Of a stretch of 64,000 bases of DNA, positions 19,825 through 28,918 are shown piece after piece. The position numbers and the translations under genes were made by a program. Origin of the DNA: Escherichia coli (GTDB lineage Bacteria; Pseudomonadota; Gammaproteobacteria; Enterobacterales; Enterobacteriaceae); NCBI RefSeq assembly GCF_030013205.1, contig NZ_CP122648.1, one strand, 5' to 3'. Each line of letters opens with the position of its first letter. Position 1 is the first letter of the stretch. Below the pieces are notes generated by a model. The model did no database searches. It worked only from the letters and a program-made list of their open reading frames with translations, and was not told the DNA's origin.

Positions 19825-21642
19825 TTAATTTTTGCTATCGTCATTAGTGACCGATACACATGATGGCATCCAGTCTTCTGATTCCTCCGTCAGTGTCACG
19901 TTTGAACGCAAACCGTGCTTCGTTTTCCGTTTCATATACTCCCTGCCATATTCCGCCATTGCCCCCGGCATATCTTTACCGAAGCGCGTCAGTGTTACAG
20001 GTTTACCAAACCCATGTGCCCTCATATAAGCCAGATAGGCATGATAGAGATACCTGCGTGGGCTGAATGGCACAATTTCAGCATTACCCACTAACAGGCC
20101 ATCACACATTACCGACGCCATGAGATAGCCGCAGAAGTCCACCAGCGAATCCCCCTCTCGCTTTATCGCCAGTGCTTCTTCAGATTTCTGCTGCTCATAT
20201 AACAGGCGTCTGGCTTCGTCCTGGTCAGCAAACCGTGTAAGCAGATGGCGAATCACTACCGCCAGCTCACCTTCTATTTTTTCCGCCAGCATTGGATCGC
20301 GTTCGTTCTCCGGTACAACTTCCGAAAAATTGAATATCACCCGACGACGTGAGATCCCCCCGCTGCGGTCACTGAATGACATGGCGTTATTGTTAACCGC
20401 CAGCACTACTGCCGGAATACGCGTTGAGTAGGGGGCTTTGTGTTTCGGGTCAATTGCCACCTTGTCACCGCCTGTAATGGCCTTAATTCCTGCCCCATCA
20501 CCAGCGTAGCGGGTCATATCCGGCATGATAATCAGCGAAAAGCCAACCACTAACGCGCGTTCCCTTGCATCTTCCAGCGCCTTCATGCTTGCCGATACTG
20601 TGTTGGCCTTACCCGCCAGCATGGTGCAAATCTCCGCCATCACGCTTTTACCACTTCCCCCTGGACCTGTTACCTCAATGAATAACTGCCAGTCGTACCG
20701 GTTCGCCAGCACCATGAATAATGCAGCCAGTACGCGATCCGCCTTGCGGTCATTCTCAGCCACCGAACGGCGTAACCACTTCCAGAAATTCGGCGCATGT
20801 GTTGCCAGCGTTTCCCCCTCTGCTGGTGGGCTGAAAGGTAATTCACTGGCAATTAACAACCAGTCGTTTTTGTTATGCTCCCGAAAATTACCTGTTCTGG
20901 TATCAAATACCCCGTTACTGAATCCAATCAGGTTACGGGCTGTATTCCCCATAACAGGCAAACTTAACTTCATGGTATCGACCGCCGATTTAATGGCGTT
21001 CTGCGAATAGCTGATCTCCGCATCAATGAAAATCTGTGCCATAGCTCGCTGTAATTCTTTATCCTGTACTGGCTCCCATACAACGCCGTTGTAATGGTGA
21101 ACAGTGTCAGAGTCAGCATGAATCGCCAGTTCACCGCCATAATGTGCCAGGAGAACTTCGCCGCGTTGACTTGCTCCCATCTGGTTAAGCGCCAGTGATG
21201 AAGCGTTATCGTCTTTTACCCGCTCTTTTTTCTTTACAGGCAGTTCAACTACCTTTTTCTTTTCCGCCTGCTCTGCCCGTTCACGTTCCAGATATTCGCG
21301 CCAGTTCTCCCGTTTCTGGCTGTGCATTCCTTCAGGGTAATAATCAGCATCCCTGACACCTGCCGCTGCCAGTTTCTGCCCGATGGTATTAACAAGCCCC
21401 GGACGCAATAACCCCGCCTGGTAGAGACGCACGCGATAGCGTCCGTCCGGTACGATTTGCAGGTTGTCCAGTTCGGCAAGTTGTTGCTCTCCAAGCCAGA
21501 CAGGTGGCACGTTATCGCCAGCCAGTCGCCCGTCCTGTTCCTGCCACTGCTTCGCATGTGCCCACGCATCACTACCCGCAAAAATGATGACTTCCGTCAT
21601 TTTGTCACGCGGCTGGTGTTTTAAATTTGGCGCTTTTTTCAT
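19825..21642 (-). CDS. P4-alpha-type primase/helicase (about 605 aa)
   Basis: Walker A VTGPGGSGKS, with a D5-N/P4-family C-terminal helicase layout. I chose the MKKAPNLK start because it is ATGA-coupled to the upstream stop; the track ORF starts 15 nt earlier. Confidence 0.8.
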   Translation of the reverse strand: MKKAPNLKHQPRDKMTEVIIFAGSDAWAHAKQWQEQDGRLAGDNVPPVWLGEQQLAELDNLQIVPDGRYRVRLYQAGLLRPGLVNTIGQKLAAAGVRDADYYPEGMHSQKRENWREYLERERAEQAEKKKVVELPVKKKERVKDDNASSLALNQMGASQRGEVLLAHYGGELAIHADSDTVHHYNGVVWEPVQDKELQRAMAQIFIDAEISYSQNAIKSAVDTMKLSLPVMGNTARNLIGFSNGVFDTRTGNFREHNKNDWLLIASELPFSPPAEGETLATHAPNFWKWLRRSVAENDRKADRVLAALFMVLANRYDWQLFIEVTGPGGSGKSVMAEICTMLAGKANTVSASMKALEDARERALVVGFSLIIMPDMTRYAGDGAGIKAITGGDKVAIDPKHKAPYSTRIPAVVLAVNNNAMSFSDRSGGISRRRVIFNFSEVVPENERDPMLAEKIEGELAVVIRHLLTRFADQDEARRLLYEQQKSEEALAIKREGDSLVDFCGYLMASVMCDGLLVGNAEIVPFSPRRYLYHAYLAYMRAHGFGKPVTLTRFGKDMPGAMAEYGREYMKRKTKHGLRSNVTLTEESEDWMPSCVSVTNDDSKN

Positions 21643-21938
21643 TTCGGCTCTCTCCACGCGGCAATCATGTTTTTCAGTTCCTGCAGTTTTTTATCCACAT
21701 CCACACGTGACACATGGTTATTTCTGGAAGTCGGGATTTCCCGCCGGAATCTGCTAATAAAGATCTCCACGTTCAGCGAACTATGAAATGAATAGCCATC
21801 ACGAATAAAATACACACGGTCAAACATCAGTTCTTTTACCGTTACTCTGTTACCGTTCTTATCCAGATAAATAGCGCCGGGGATAATTTTGGGGTGTGCA
21901 TAACCGCTGGCAGTCAAGCCAGATAAATATGTTCTCAT
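21639..21938 (-). CDS. Hypothetical protein (99 aa)
   Basis: The ORF is in operon register and is coupled to the primase gene. I assign no family. Confidence 0.55.
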   Translation of the reverse strand: MRTYLSGLTASGYAHPKIIPGAIYLDKNGNRVTVKELMFDRVYFIRDGYSFHSSLNVEIFISRFRREIPTSRNNHVSRVDVDKKLQELKNMIAAWREPK

Positions 21939-21944
21939 GATTAT

Positions 21945-22265
21945 TTATCCCCGATTTGAATCAGTATTCGCTTTCTTTATGGCATTTAATGCATCTGTGG
22001 CATTTTCAATGGTGCACCGTAACGAAATATCAAACTGCCCAAGCATTGCCAGTAACAAACCGATATTACCCATATCAATGCGCATGGCCTTTTCGTCATA
22101 GTCCTCATTTTCTGACGCATGCCACATCAGGCTACCAATTGACGCAACAGCCATTGATATATTGTCAGTAGCCCCATCAGCAGCGGAATAAACCTTTTTA
22201 GCAATATCATGCTCACAGTTAAAATGCGGATTAATCAGGTACTGGTAATTTGACATATCAGGCAT
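21945..22265 (-). CDS. Hypothetical protein (106 aa)
   Basis: The ORF is in operon register and overlaps the icd-like stop by 8 nt. I assign no family. Confidence 0.55.
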   Translation of the reverse strand: MPDMSNYQYLINPHFNCEHDIAKKVYSAADGATDNISMAVASIGSLMWHASENEDYDEKAMRIDMGNIGLLLAMLGQFDISLRCTIENATDALNAIKKANTDSNRG

Positions 22266-22461
22266 GGCACACCCCCTGACGAATACGGGCGGCGAATACC
22301 ATCACGTAGCCAGCCGGGGATTGCTGGCGTGCTTCCTGTTCACTGGTGGCCTCAATGGTAATCACGCGCGGTTGTGCCGTGCTCAGGGCGATAAAACGCC
22401 AGATGTATTTATTCAGGTTGTACGAGTCCCGCCCTTGCGGGTGTCTGGTATAATTTCTCAT
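22258..22461 (-). CDS. Icd-like (P4 cell-division-inhibitor-like) small protein (67 aa)
   Basis: This is the C-terminal part of the 302-aa track ORF: MRNYTRHPQGRDSYNLNKYIWRFIALSTAQPRVITIEATSEQEARQQSPAGYVMVFAARI... The YIWRF...AR pattern recalls Icd-like proteins of P4-type elements. The SD gagg precedes the ATG at 22461. Confidence 0.55.
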   Translation of the reverse strand: MRNYTRHPQGRDSYNLNKYIWRFIALSTAQPRVITIEATSEQEARQQSPAGYVMVFAARIRQGVCHA

Positions 22462-22575
22462 AGCTGCCTCGATACTGTTGCTATCGTTGGTGGTTAGACG
22501 CCCTGCATGTGTGCCACCACTGCGGGGCGTTGTTGCTTGGTGCATCGCACCATTCGTTTTTAACCTATCAGCAAG

Positions 22576-22630
22576 TGAATCGCACTTCAAGCCTTTCTCT
22601 GAAATTTTTTTTGTGTATACTGAATCGCAC
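22576..22630 (+). promoter_or_regulatory. Two direct TGAATCGCAC repeats, 45 bp apart, in the divergent control region (candidate operators)
   Basis: The 10-mer occurs at 22576-22585 and 22621-22630. The second copy lies between a TATACT -10-like hexamer and the SD of the RHH gene. Confidence 0.45.
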
Positions 22631-22651
22631 CAACTTAGAGAGGATTCAGTA

Positions 22652-22831
22652 ATGGCAACAGGTTCAACAAATAATAAGTCGCAACAGTTAAATGCCAGAT
22701 TCCCGCATGATGTTGTTGCAGACTTAGAAAAAAATTTAGATGAAGGTGAAAGCAAGGCGCAATTTATAGTTACTGCCGTTAAAGGCGAGATCAAACGCCG
22801 CCAGCGCCGCAAGGCCAAAGAGCAGGAGTAA
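22652..22831 (+). CDS. Ribbon-helix-helix (Arc/CopG-like) DNA-binding protein (59 aa); candidate island repressor
   Basis: MATGSTNNKSQQLNARFPHDVVADLEKNLDEGESKAQFIVTAVKGEIKRRQ... shows a beta-alpha-alpha pattern. The SD gagagga lies upstream of the ATG at 22652. Confidence 0.6.
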   Translation: MATGSTNNKSQQLNARFPHDVVADLEKNLDEGESKAQFIVTAVKGEIKRRQRRKAKEQE

Positions 22832-22873
22832 CCATCACCAGCGCCGTGGTGTGAGTAACTACGGCGCATTGCT

Positions 22874-23062
22874 ATGCAGGACAACACAATGACCGATAAA
22901 GAATTGACCAAAACATTATCACCGGCACGGAAAAGACGGCGCAGAAAGATAGAGCATGAATCAGAAAGATTCGCGCCATGTGCTTTTGCTCTTGAGAAAT
23001 TCCTTAAAGAGCACAGGAAAAAGCTCTCGTTGCAAACCTTGGAACGAACCAAATCTGACTGA
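22874..23062 (+). CDS. Hypothetical basic small protein (62 aa)
   Basis: It is co-directional with the RHH gene and followed by a strong terminator. Confidence 0.45.
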   Translation: MQDNTMTDKELTKTLSPARKRRRRKIEHESERFAPCAFALEKFLKEHRKKLSLQTLERTKSD

Positions 23063-23129
23063 TCACATTGCCCACCAGCCGCAAATGTGGCATTGTTGGT
23101 GATGCGTTCAAGTTTAGTGTGTATCCATT

Positions 23130-23158
23130 GGCGACCGCCCCCGGTCGCCTTTGTTTTA
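23130..23158 (+). terminator. Rho-independent terminator of the rightward two-gene unit
   Basis: ggcgaccg-cccc-cggtcgcc followed by tttgtttta. Confidence 0.75.
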
Positions 23159-23176
23159 TATGTCATATGCTCCCCT

Positions 23177-23386
23177 TTACGCTGCCTTGCCTGAATTAAT
23201 GCGATCCCGGCTTTTAACCCATTCCATAACCTCGGACAGCAGCCAACCTACAGAACGACCGCCCAGATTACGGCGTGACGGGAAATTCCCTTTTTTCTCC
23301 AGTTCATAGCGTGTAGTGCGACACACTCCAGTTAACTTACGACATTCATCCTCACGGATTACGCGATCTTCATTTATTTCACGCAT
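23177..23386 (-). CDS. alpA: AlpA-family transcriptional regulator / excision activator (69 aa)
   Basis: The HTH ...CRKLTGVCRTTRYELEKKGNFPSRRNLGGRSVGWLLSEVMEWV is typical of the AlpA family. It lies downstream of int on the same strand. Confidence 0.85.
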   Translation of the reverse strand: MREINEDRVIREDECRKLTGVCRTTRYELEKKGNFPSRRNLGGRSVGWLLSEVMEWVKSRDRINSGKAA

Positions 23387-23805
23387 ACAAAAACCTACAT
23401 AAAAAATTACGTATATAAACTTTTCTCTTAGCTGTAGATATATGAGATCGGATATTACTTAGATTCTTTTTTCACCTCTTAAATTAAAAACACAACCTTG
23501 CTAAAGGCTTTGTTCGCTAAGGTTCGTAGAAGCTCGTTAGTGTTTAAAATCGTGTCACGAGTTTTTAAGCGATGCAACAAAAAATGTCGTTACTTGGCAT
23601 TACGCTTGAATTATCTCATTAAAAACAAATAGATAAACCATCAAGTGTTGGAACAATCAAGAAACAGAGAATAAAAGTTCAGAAGAAGACATTCCAATTT
23701 TTTGATGGTTGACATATATAAAGCGAAGATATTTGCAGATATTTTCCGATATTCTACGATTTATTCACGGCTGTAATCTCTTAAAGAAAAAACAGCCGTA
23801 ATTTG

Positions 23806-25053
23806 TCAAGAATTTTGGGGGTAAATTCGCGGGGTCATAACAACGATTTTTTCATCATTGTTCTGGAGAAGCTCGAGACGGTCTACCCATAGATTAAGAG
23901 CATCACGTTTTGCATCAAGATAACGGGAGTGGTTATAGACTCGTTGCATCCCCGGCATCTGGTGGGCGGTAAGCTGCTCGACAATATGCGGATCCACGCC
24001 TAAATCGTTCAGCATGGTTGTAAATGTGTGCCGGATGTCATGCAACGACCAGGGGGCTTGATTAATGCGTCTGTGTGCCGTTCTTCCGTACTCTGCTACG
24101 GATGATTGCCCTTTCAGTTCTCCAAGCAATAAGCCCGTGTGCCTGTTCTTCTCCACCAGCTTCATGACAAACGGCAAGATCGCTTCCGGTATTGGCCTGA
24201 ATATTGCTACCTTCGTTTTGCTGTGTTCTTTCGGCACAGTCCAGAGCATTTCTTTAAAATCCCATTCCTGAACCTCGGAGCGTCTTAGCTCAGTGGTACG
24301 GCATCCAAAGACAATCAGAAGGCGAATTAAGGCGCTGTAGTACGGCGGGAAAATTTTTTCATCCAGTGCGCGGAGTAGCTCGCCAAGCTCCTTGTTTGTT
24401 AGCACTCGCTCGCTTATTTCTGCTTTTTTTCCCACATCACCTACGACCATATCATCAAGAACGTTACTGACGGCGTAGCGACGTTTACGGCAGTACTTAA
24501 GCGCCTGCTTGCATACCTGCAACAAAAAGCCGGCTGATACCGGATTACGCTTAGCAAGCTGGTCAAAACAGGCCAGCCAGTGGCGTAACTCGCATTTATC
24601 CAGCGGCATAGCACCAATCTGGCTGATTATGTGCTTATTGATCCGGCTTTTCAGTGATTCGTGGTCAGTGCGCTTTTCCTTCGCGTATGACTCAAGCCAG
24701 TAAGTGATCGCGTCCTTAACCGTTACAGGTGCTAACGCTTCCTGCACTGTGTGATTAAGCTCATGGCGTGGATTTTTCCCCTCCGCCAGCCAGGCGCGAC
24801 ACTGTGCCGCTTTTTCTCTGGCTGCTTTCAGGCTCAGATCGGGATAGTTGCCCAGTCTCAGGCGTTCCGGTGATACCTGCCTGCCAGTTCCGGCCCTGTA
24901 AGTGAAATACCAGGTTAACAGGCCATTGGTTGAATGCCTTACGCTAAGGTTGCCACCATCATTAAAAAAGGTGTTTTTTGTGGTTGGTGATCCGCTTAAT
25001 TTTCGTAAAAGAGTGTCGCTAAGTCTATGAATTGCCCTGCTCATGTTTCGCAT
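23806..25053 (-). CDS. int: P4-type tyrosine integrase (415 aa)
   Basis: The catalytic motifs are present (...LHDIRHTF..., ...VYNHSRY...), with a DUF4102-like N-terminus. An alternative start (MSRAIH) lies at 25044. Confidence 0.92.
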   Translation of the reverse strand: MRNMSRAIHRLSDTLLRKLSGSPTTKNTFFNDGGNLSVRHSTNGLLTWYFTYRAGTGRQVSPERLRLGNYPDLSLKAAREKAAQCRAWLAEGKNPRHELNHTVQEALAPVTVKDAITYWLESYAKEKRTDHESLKSRINKHIISQIGAMPLDKCELRHWLACFDQLAKRNPVSAGFLLQVCKQALKYCRKRRYAVSNVLDDMVVGDVGKKAEISERVLTNKELGELLRALDEKIFPPYYSALIRLLIVFGCRTTELRRSEVQEWDFKEMLWTVPKEHSKTKVAIFRPIPEAILPFVMKLVEKNRHTGLLLGELKGQSSVAEYGRTAHRRINQAPWSLHDIRHTFTTMLNDLGVDPHIVEQLTAHQMPGMQRVYNHSRYLDAKRDALNLWVDRLELLQNNDEKIVVMTPRIYPQNS

Positions 25054-25067
25054 TTCCGGTCATCAAA

Positions 25068-25207
25068 ATTAACTACACCATTGACTACACCGTGCATCGT
25101 ACAAGGGCAAACAGCGACGAACAAGGGCGAACAAGAAAAACGAAATTTTCCTTTATAATCATAGCAATAAATGAGATAGATACACCACGACGAACACCCG
25201 CGAACAC
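25068..25207 (+). promoter_or_regulatory. Arm-type repeat array beside int: ATTAACTACACC, ATTGACTACACC, then CGAACAA/CGAACAC copies
   Basis: Same motifs and orientation as 14691-14747. Confidence 0.6.
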
Positions 25208-25211
25208 TAAC

Positions 25212-25228
25212 TGATAAATAACTATCAT
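25212..25228 (+). repeat. Island junction core (int-proximal att)
   Basis: tgataaataactatcat. Confidence 0.7.
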
Positions 25229-25448
25229 CTATCGTTGGCATCAGCGACATCTGTCACATTCCTGTCAATAGCGTTAACTGCTTCAAATTTTTGATTCATA
25301 CCTGCCCCCTGGCCCCTGTCAAATGCTTGACGGCTCGCCCTAATTCTCTAAATTGTATTTCTAGAGTTGACGAGGTTTTGAACAGCCCCCTCTCTGACCC
25401 CGGTTTATTCCATCTTACTTGTATAAGATTTGCGAAGGATGTCGAAGC

Positions 25449-25673
25449 ATGGAAAAGGGTACTGTTAAGTGGTTCAACAATGCCAAAGGGTTTGGTTTCA
25501 TCTGCCCTGAAGGCGGCGGCGAAGATATTTTCGCTCATTATTCCACCATTCAGATGGATGGTTACAGAACGCTAAAAGCTGGACAATCCGTTCAGTTTGA
25601 TGTCCACCAGGGGCCAAAAGGCAATCACGCCAGTGTTATTGTGCCCGTCGAAGTAGAAGCGGCAGTCGCATAG
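25449..25673 (+). CDS. cspD: Stationary-phase cold-shock-like protein / replication inhibitor CspD (74 aa)
   Basis: MEKGTVKWFNNAKGFGFICPEGGGEDIFAHYSTIQMDGYRTLKAGQSVQFDVHQGPKGNHASVIVPVEVEAAVA. Confidence 0.97.
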   Translation: MEKGTVKWFNNAKGFGFICPEGGGEDIFAHYSTIQMDGYRTLKAGQSVQFDVHQGPKGNHASVIVPVEVEAAVA

Positions 25674-25745
25674 CTCTTCTGTCTCATTGTGTACATCCTA
25701 AAGGCAAAATGCCAGCCCGATCGGCTGGCATTTTTATCTCAAAAA

Positions 25746-27692
25746 TTACTCTCGTGCCAGAGCATCTACTGGATCCAGTCGTGCCGCATTTCGTGCGGGT
25801 AACCAGCCAAATAAAATCCCGGTGACCGTCGAGCAGAGAAACGCCAGCAGCAGCGCCAACGGTGAAAAACCAATCTCCCAGCCGGGTAAGAAAAGCTGCA
25901 AGGTGAAAGCAATTAACAGTGACAGTGTTATTCCCAACGCGCCACCGACCAGGCAAACCAGTACGGCTTCGATCAGGAACTGTTGCAAAACATCGCTTGC
26001 TCGCGCACCTACAGCCATGCGAATGCCAATTTCCCGCGTCCGCTCGGTCACTGACACCAGCATAATGTTCATTACACCAATACCGCCCACCACCAGCGAA
26101 ATCACCGCCACCAGCGTCAGAAACAGTTGTAAAGTACGTGTGGTCTTTTCAACGGTTTTCAAGACGCCGTCCATGTTCCAGGTAAAGAAATCCTTCTTTC
26201 CGTGGCGCAGTGAAAGTAAACGCGTGAGTTGCTGTTCCGCCTCGGCGCTGTCAAAGCCTTCTTTCACCCTGACAGTAATGGAGTTAAGCCACGACTGGCC
26301 CATAACTCGCCCGGACATCGTGCTGTAAGGTAGCCAGACACGCAGCACTTTACTGCTACCAAACATCGACTGTTTTTCTTCCGCCACACCAATGACTCTG
26401 GCGGGCATATTGCCGACCAGAATCACCTCGCCAACCACATCTGCTTTATGGGGGAAAAGCTGGCGGCGAGTATTACTGTCGAGAACCACGACCTGCGCAC
26501 GACCGTTCAGCTGCTCCTGATTAAAGGTGTTCCCTTCACTGAAGGTCATGCCATAGACATTAAAATAATCGCCGCTCACGCCATTGGCACTGGCAGCCAC
26601 ATCAACATTGTTATAACGCAGGCGCAGGTTTTGCGAGACGGCAGGTGTGGCTGAGGCGACCCACGGTTGTTTTTGGATGGCGATTAAGTCGTCGTACTTC
26701 AGCGCCTGCTGATATTGCGGATCGTCATCGCCAAAATCTTTCCCGGGATAGACATCAATAGTATTCGTACCAATAGAACGAATATCCGCCAGCACCATTT
26801 GTTTGGCGGCGTCACCCACCACGACAATGGAAACCACCGACGCAATACCGATAATAATCCCCAGCATGGTCAGTAAAGTACGCATTTTATTCGCTGCCAG
26901 CGCCCGCCATGCCATCGTCAGCGCCTCGTTAAAACCACTGACAAACTGCCGCCAGCCAGACGCCGTGTTGACAGCAGGTTCCGTCCCGCCAGCAACATTC
27001 ACTTTTTCAATGGCGGGAGGATTGCGCACAATTTCGCCGTCGCGAATTTCGATCACCCGCTCGGCCTGAGCAGCGACCTGCGGATCGTGGGTAACGATAA
27101 TCACCGTATGCCCGCGATCGCGCAGCTGATGCAGGATCGCCATCACCTCTTCGCCAGAATGGCTGTCCAGTGCGCCGGTCGGTTCATCGGCAAGAATTAC
27201 CTGACCGCCGTTCATCAATGCCCGCGCGATGCTGACGCGCTGTTGCTGACCACCCGAAAGCTGTGCCGGATAATACTCTGTACGGTCTTCCAGCCCCAGT
27301 CGTTGCAGCAACTCCTGGGCGCGAAGCAGCCGCTGTTTCCGCTCAAGACCGGCATAGACGGCGGGTACTTCAACGTTCTGCTCGGCGGTTAAATGCGAAA
27401 GCAAATGGTAACGCTGGAAAATAAAGCCGAAATGCTCGCGGCGCAGTTGCGCCAGCGCATCGGCGTCCAGAGTGGCAACATCCTGACCGGCTACGCGATA
27501 GGTGCCGCTGGTGGCCTTATCCAGGCAGCCGAGAATATTCATCAGGGTCGATTTACCGGAACCCGAAGCGCCGACAATCGCCACCATCTCACCAGCATAA
27601 ATATCGAGGGTGATGCCCTTCAGCACCTCAACCTGCTCATCACCGGCAGGATAGCTGCGACGAATATCCTTTAATTCGAGCAAGGGCGTCAT
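25746..27692 (-). CDS. macB: Macrolide export ABC transporter MacB (648 aa)
   Basis: N-terminal NBD ([17 protein letters not shown]) followed by an FtsX-type permease domain. Confidence 0.96.
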   Translation of the reverse strand: MTPLLELKDIRRSYPAGDEQVEVLKGITLDIYAGEMVAIVGASGSGKSTLMNILGCLDKATSGTYRVAGQDVATLDADALAQLRREHFGFIFQRYHLLSHLTAEQNVEVPAVYAGLERKQRLLRAQELLQRLGLEDRTEYYPAQLSGGQQQRVSIARALMNGGQVILADEPTGALDSHSGEEVMAILHQLRDRGHTVIIVTHDPQVAAQAERVIEIRDGEIVRNPPAIEKVNVAGGTEPAVNTASGWRQFVSGFNEALTMAWRALAANKMRTLLTMLGIIIGIASVVSIVVVGDAAKQMVLADIRSIGTNTIDVYPGKDFGDDDPQYQQALKYDDLIAIQKQPWVASATPAVSQNLRLRYNNVDVAASANGVSGDYFNVYGMTFSEGNTFNQEQLNGRAQVVVLDSNTRRQLFPHKADVVGEVILVGNMPARVIGVAEEKQSMFGSSKVLRVWLPYSTMSGRVMGQSWLNSITVRVKEGFDSAEAEQQLTRLLSLRHGKKDFFTWNMDGVLKTVEKTTRTLQLFLTLVAVISLVVGGIGVMNIMLVSVTERTREIGIRMAVGARASDVLQQFLIEAVLVCLVGGALGITLSLLIAFTLQLFLPGWEIGFSPLALLLAFLCSTVTGILFGWLPARNAARLDPVDALARE

Positions 27693-28804
27693 TGTGCAGC
27701 TCCTGGTTTGGCCTCACCAATCACCACTTCATCGCCCGCTTCCAGCCCTTTGACAATCTCAACATCGGTATCGTTACGTGCGCCAATCGTCACTTCACGC
27801 TCGCGTGTTTCACCATTACGCAACAATTTGACTTTATAACGATTATCGCCAACCGGATCGCCTAACGCCGACAGAGGGATCGTCAGCACATTTTTCACAT
27901 CGGTGAGCTGAATATGCACTTGCGCGGTCATATCCAGCCGCAGCAAACCATTGGGGTTGGGTACTTCAAAACGGGCGTAATAGAAAATAGCGTCGTTAAC
28001 CTTTTCCGGCGTCGGTAGCACATCCTTGATTTGCCCCTCGTAGCGCGTCAGTGGATCGCCAAGCACCGTAAACCAAGCTTTTTGCCCCGGCTTCAGGTGG
28101 ATTACATCCGCTTCAGAAACCTGCGCTTTTACCAGCATGGTGCTCATATCTGCCAGCGTCAGAATGTTCGGTGCTTGTTGTGCGGCAATCACCGTCTGGC
28201 CTTGCAGAGTGGTTATTTGCGTGACTTCCCCGGCCATCGGGGCAACGATGCGGGTGTAATCGAGATTGGTTTTAGCCGTATCGAGTGAGGCCTGATTGCG
28301 CTTGATTTGCGCGTCAATGGTGCCAATTTGCGCCTGTTTCACAGCCATCTCCGTCGCGGCGGTATCGAGATCCTGCTGTGAAACCGCTTGCGTTTGTGCA
28401 AGACGTTGCTGACGGGAATACGTCACCCGCGCCAGTTTCAGCTCCGCTTCCGCCTGCTGCCGCTGCGCGCGTAGCTCCATCAGCGTTGCTTCCACCTCCT
28501 TAATCTGGTTTTCAGCCTGTTCAGGATCAATAACCCCTAAAAGCTGGTCTTTTTTTACTTTATCGCCAATCGCCACCGACAGCGTTTTCAACTGACCGCT
28601 GACCTGCGCGCCCACATCAACCTTACGCAGCGCGTCCAGCTTTCCGGTCGCCAGCACGCTTTGCTGTAAATCACCGGGGCGCACAATCAGCGTCTGATAA
28701 GTCGGCACGGGTGCGTTAAGAATTCTCCATAACGTAATCAGCCCGGCAATGACTATCACCAGCGCAATAACGTAACGCTTCTTCACGGTTTTCCGCTTTT
28801 TCAT
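27689..28804 (-). CDS. macA: Macrolide export membrane-fusion protein MacA (371 aa)
   Basis: [26 protein letters not shown]... I trimmed the start to the known Met. The gene overlaps the macB start by 4 nt. Confidence 0.95.
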   Translation of the reverse strand: MKKRKTVKKRYVIALVIVIAGLITLWRILNAPVPTYQTLIVRPGDLQQSVLATGKLDALRKVDVGAQVSGQLKTLSVAIGDKVKKDQLLGVIDPEQAENQIKEVEATLMELRAQRQQAEAELKLARVTYSRQQRLAQTQAVSQQDLDTAATEMAVKQAQIGTIDAQIKRNQASLDTAKTNLDYTRIVAPMAGEVTQITTLQGQTVIAAQQAPNILTLADMSTMLVKAQVSEADVIHLKPGQKAWFTVLGDPLTRYEGQIKDVLPTPEKVNDAIFYYARFEVPNPNGLLRLDMTAQVHIQLTDVKNVLTIPLSALGDPVGDNRYKVKLLRNGETREREVTIGARNDTDVEIVKGLEAGDEVVIGEAKPGAAQ

Positions 28805-28918
28805 AAATATTCTGAATACTCCATATGCCAATCCGGGTCATTAACTTCAACGAAATATCAACAAAACCCTAAAATTTACGTTAGTAATCACACTATTGAT
28901 GTTTGGTTAAGATACGCA

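Larger units (their letters stand above)
14603..25228 (-). mobile_element. Integrated phage satellite (PICI / P4-like island), about 10.6 kb, between clpS and cspD
   Basis: A tyrosine integrase lies at one end. The island is flanked by the 17-bp imperfect direct repeat tgata(g/a)ataactatcat. It carries alpA, a primase-helicase, an iteron origin, an SSB, a protease::capsid fusion and a small terminase, but no portal, TerL, tail or lysis genes. K-12 has only a short clpS-cspD spacer here. Confidence 0.85.

Noticed and set aside
22258-23166. 302-aa minus-strand ORF spanning the region between alpA and the 106-aa ORF
   Set aside because: Its 5' part runs through a strong plus-strand terminator hairpin (23130-23158). 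It lies antisense to two plus-strand ORFs that have good SD sequences. Its composition (Ser/Cys/Leu-rich, low complexity) looks non-coding. Only the last 67 codons, which have their own SD/ATG at 22461 and an Icd-like sequence, were kept.
23387-23805. Small ORFs in the AT-rich alpA-int spacer (for example a minus-strand 24-aa hydrophobic peptide MSTIKKLECLLLNFYSLFLDCSNT)
   Set aside because: It has the length and hydrophobicity of a type-I toxin-like peptide, but there is no SD, no obvious antisense RNA and no terminator pairing. The evidence is too weak to report as a gene.
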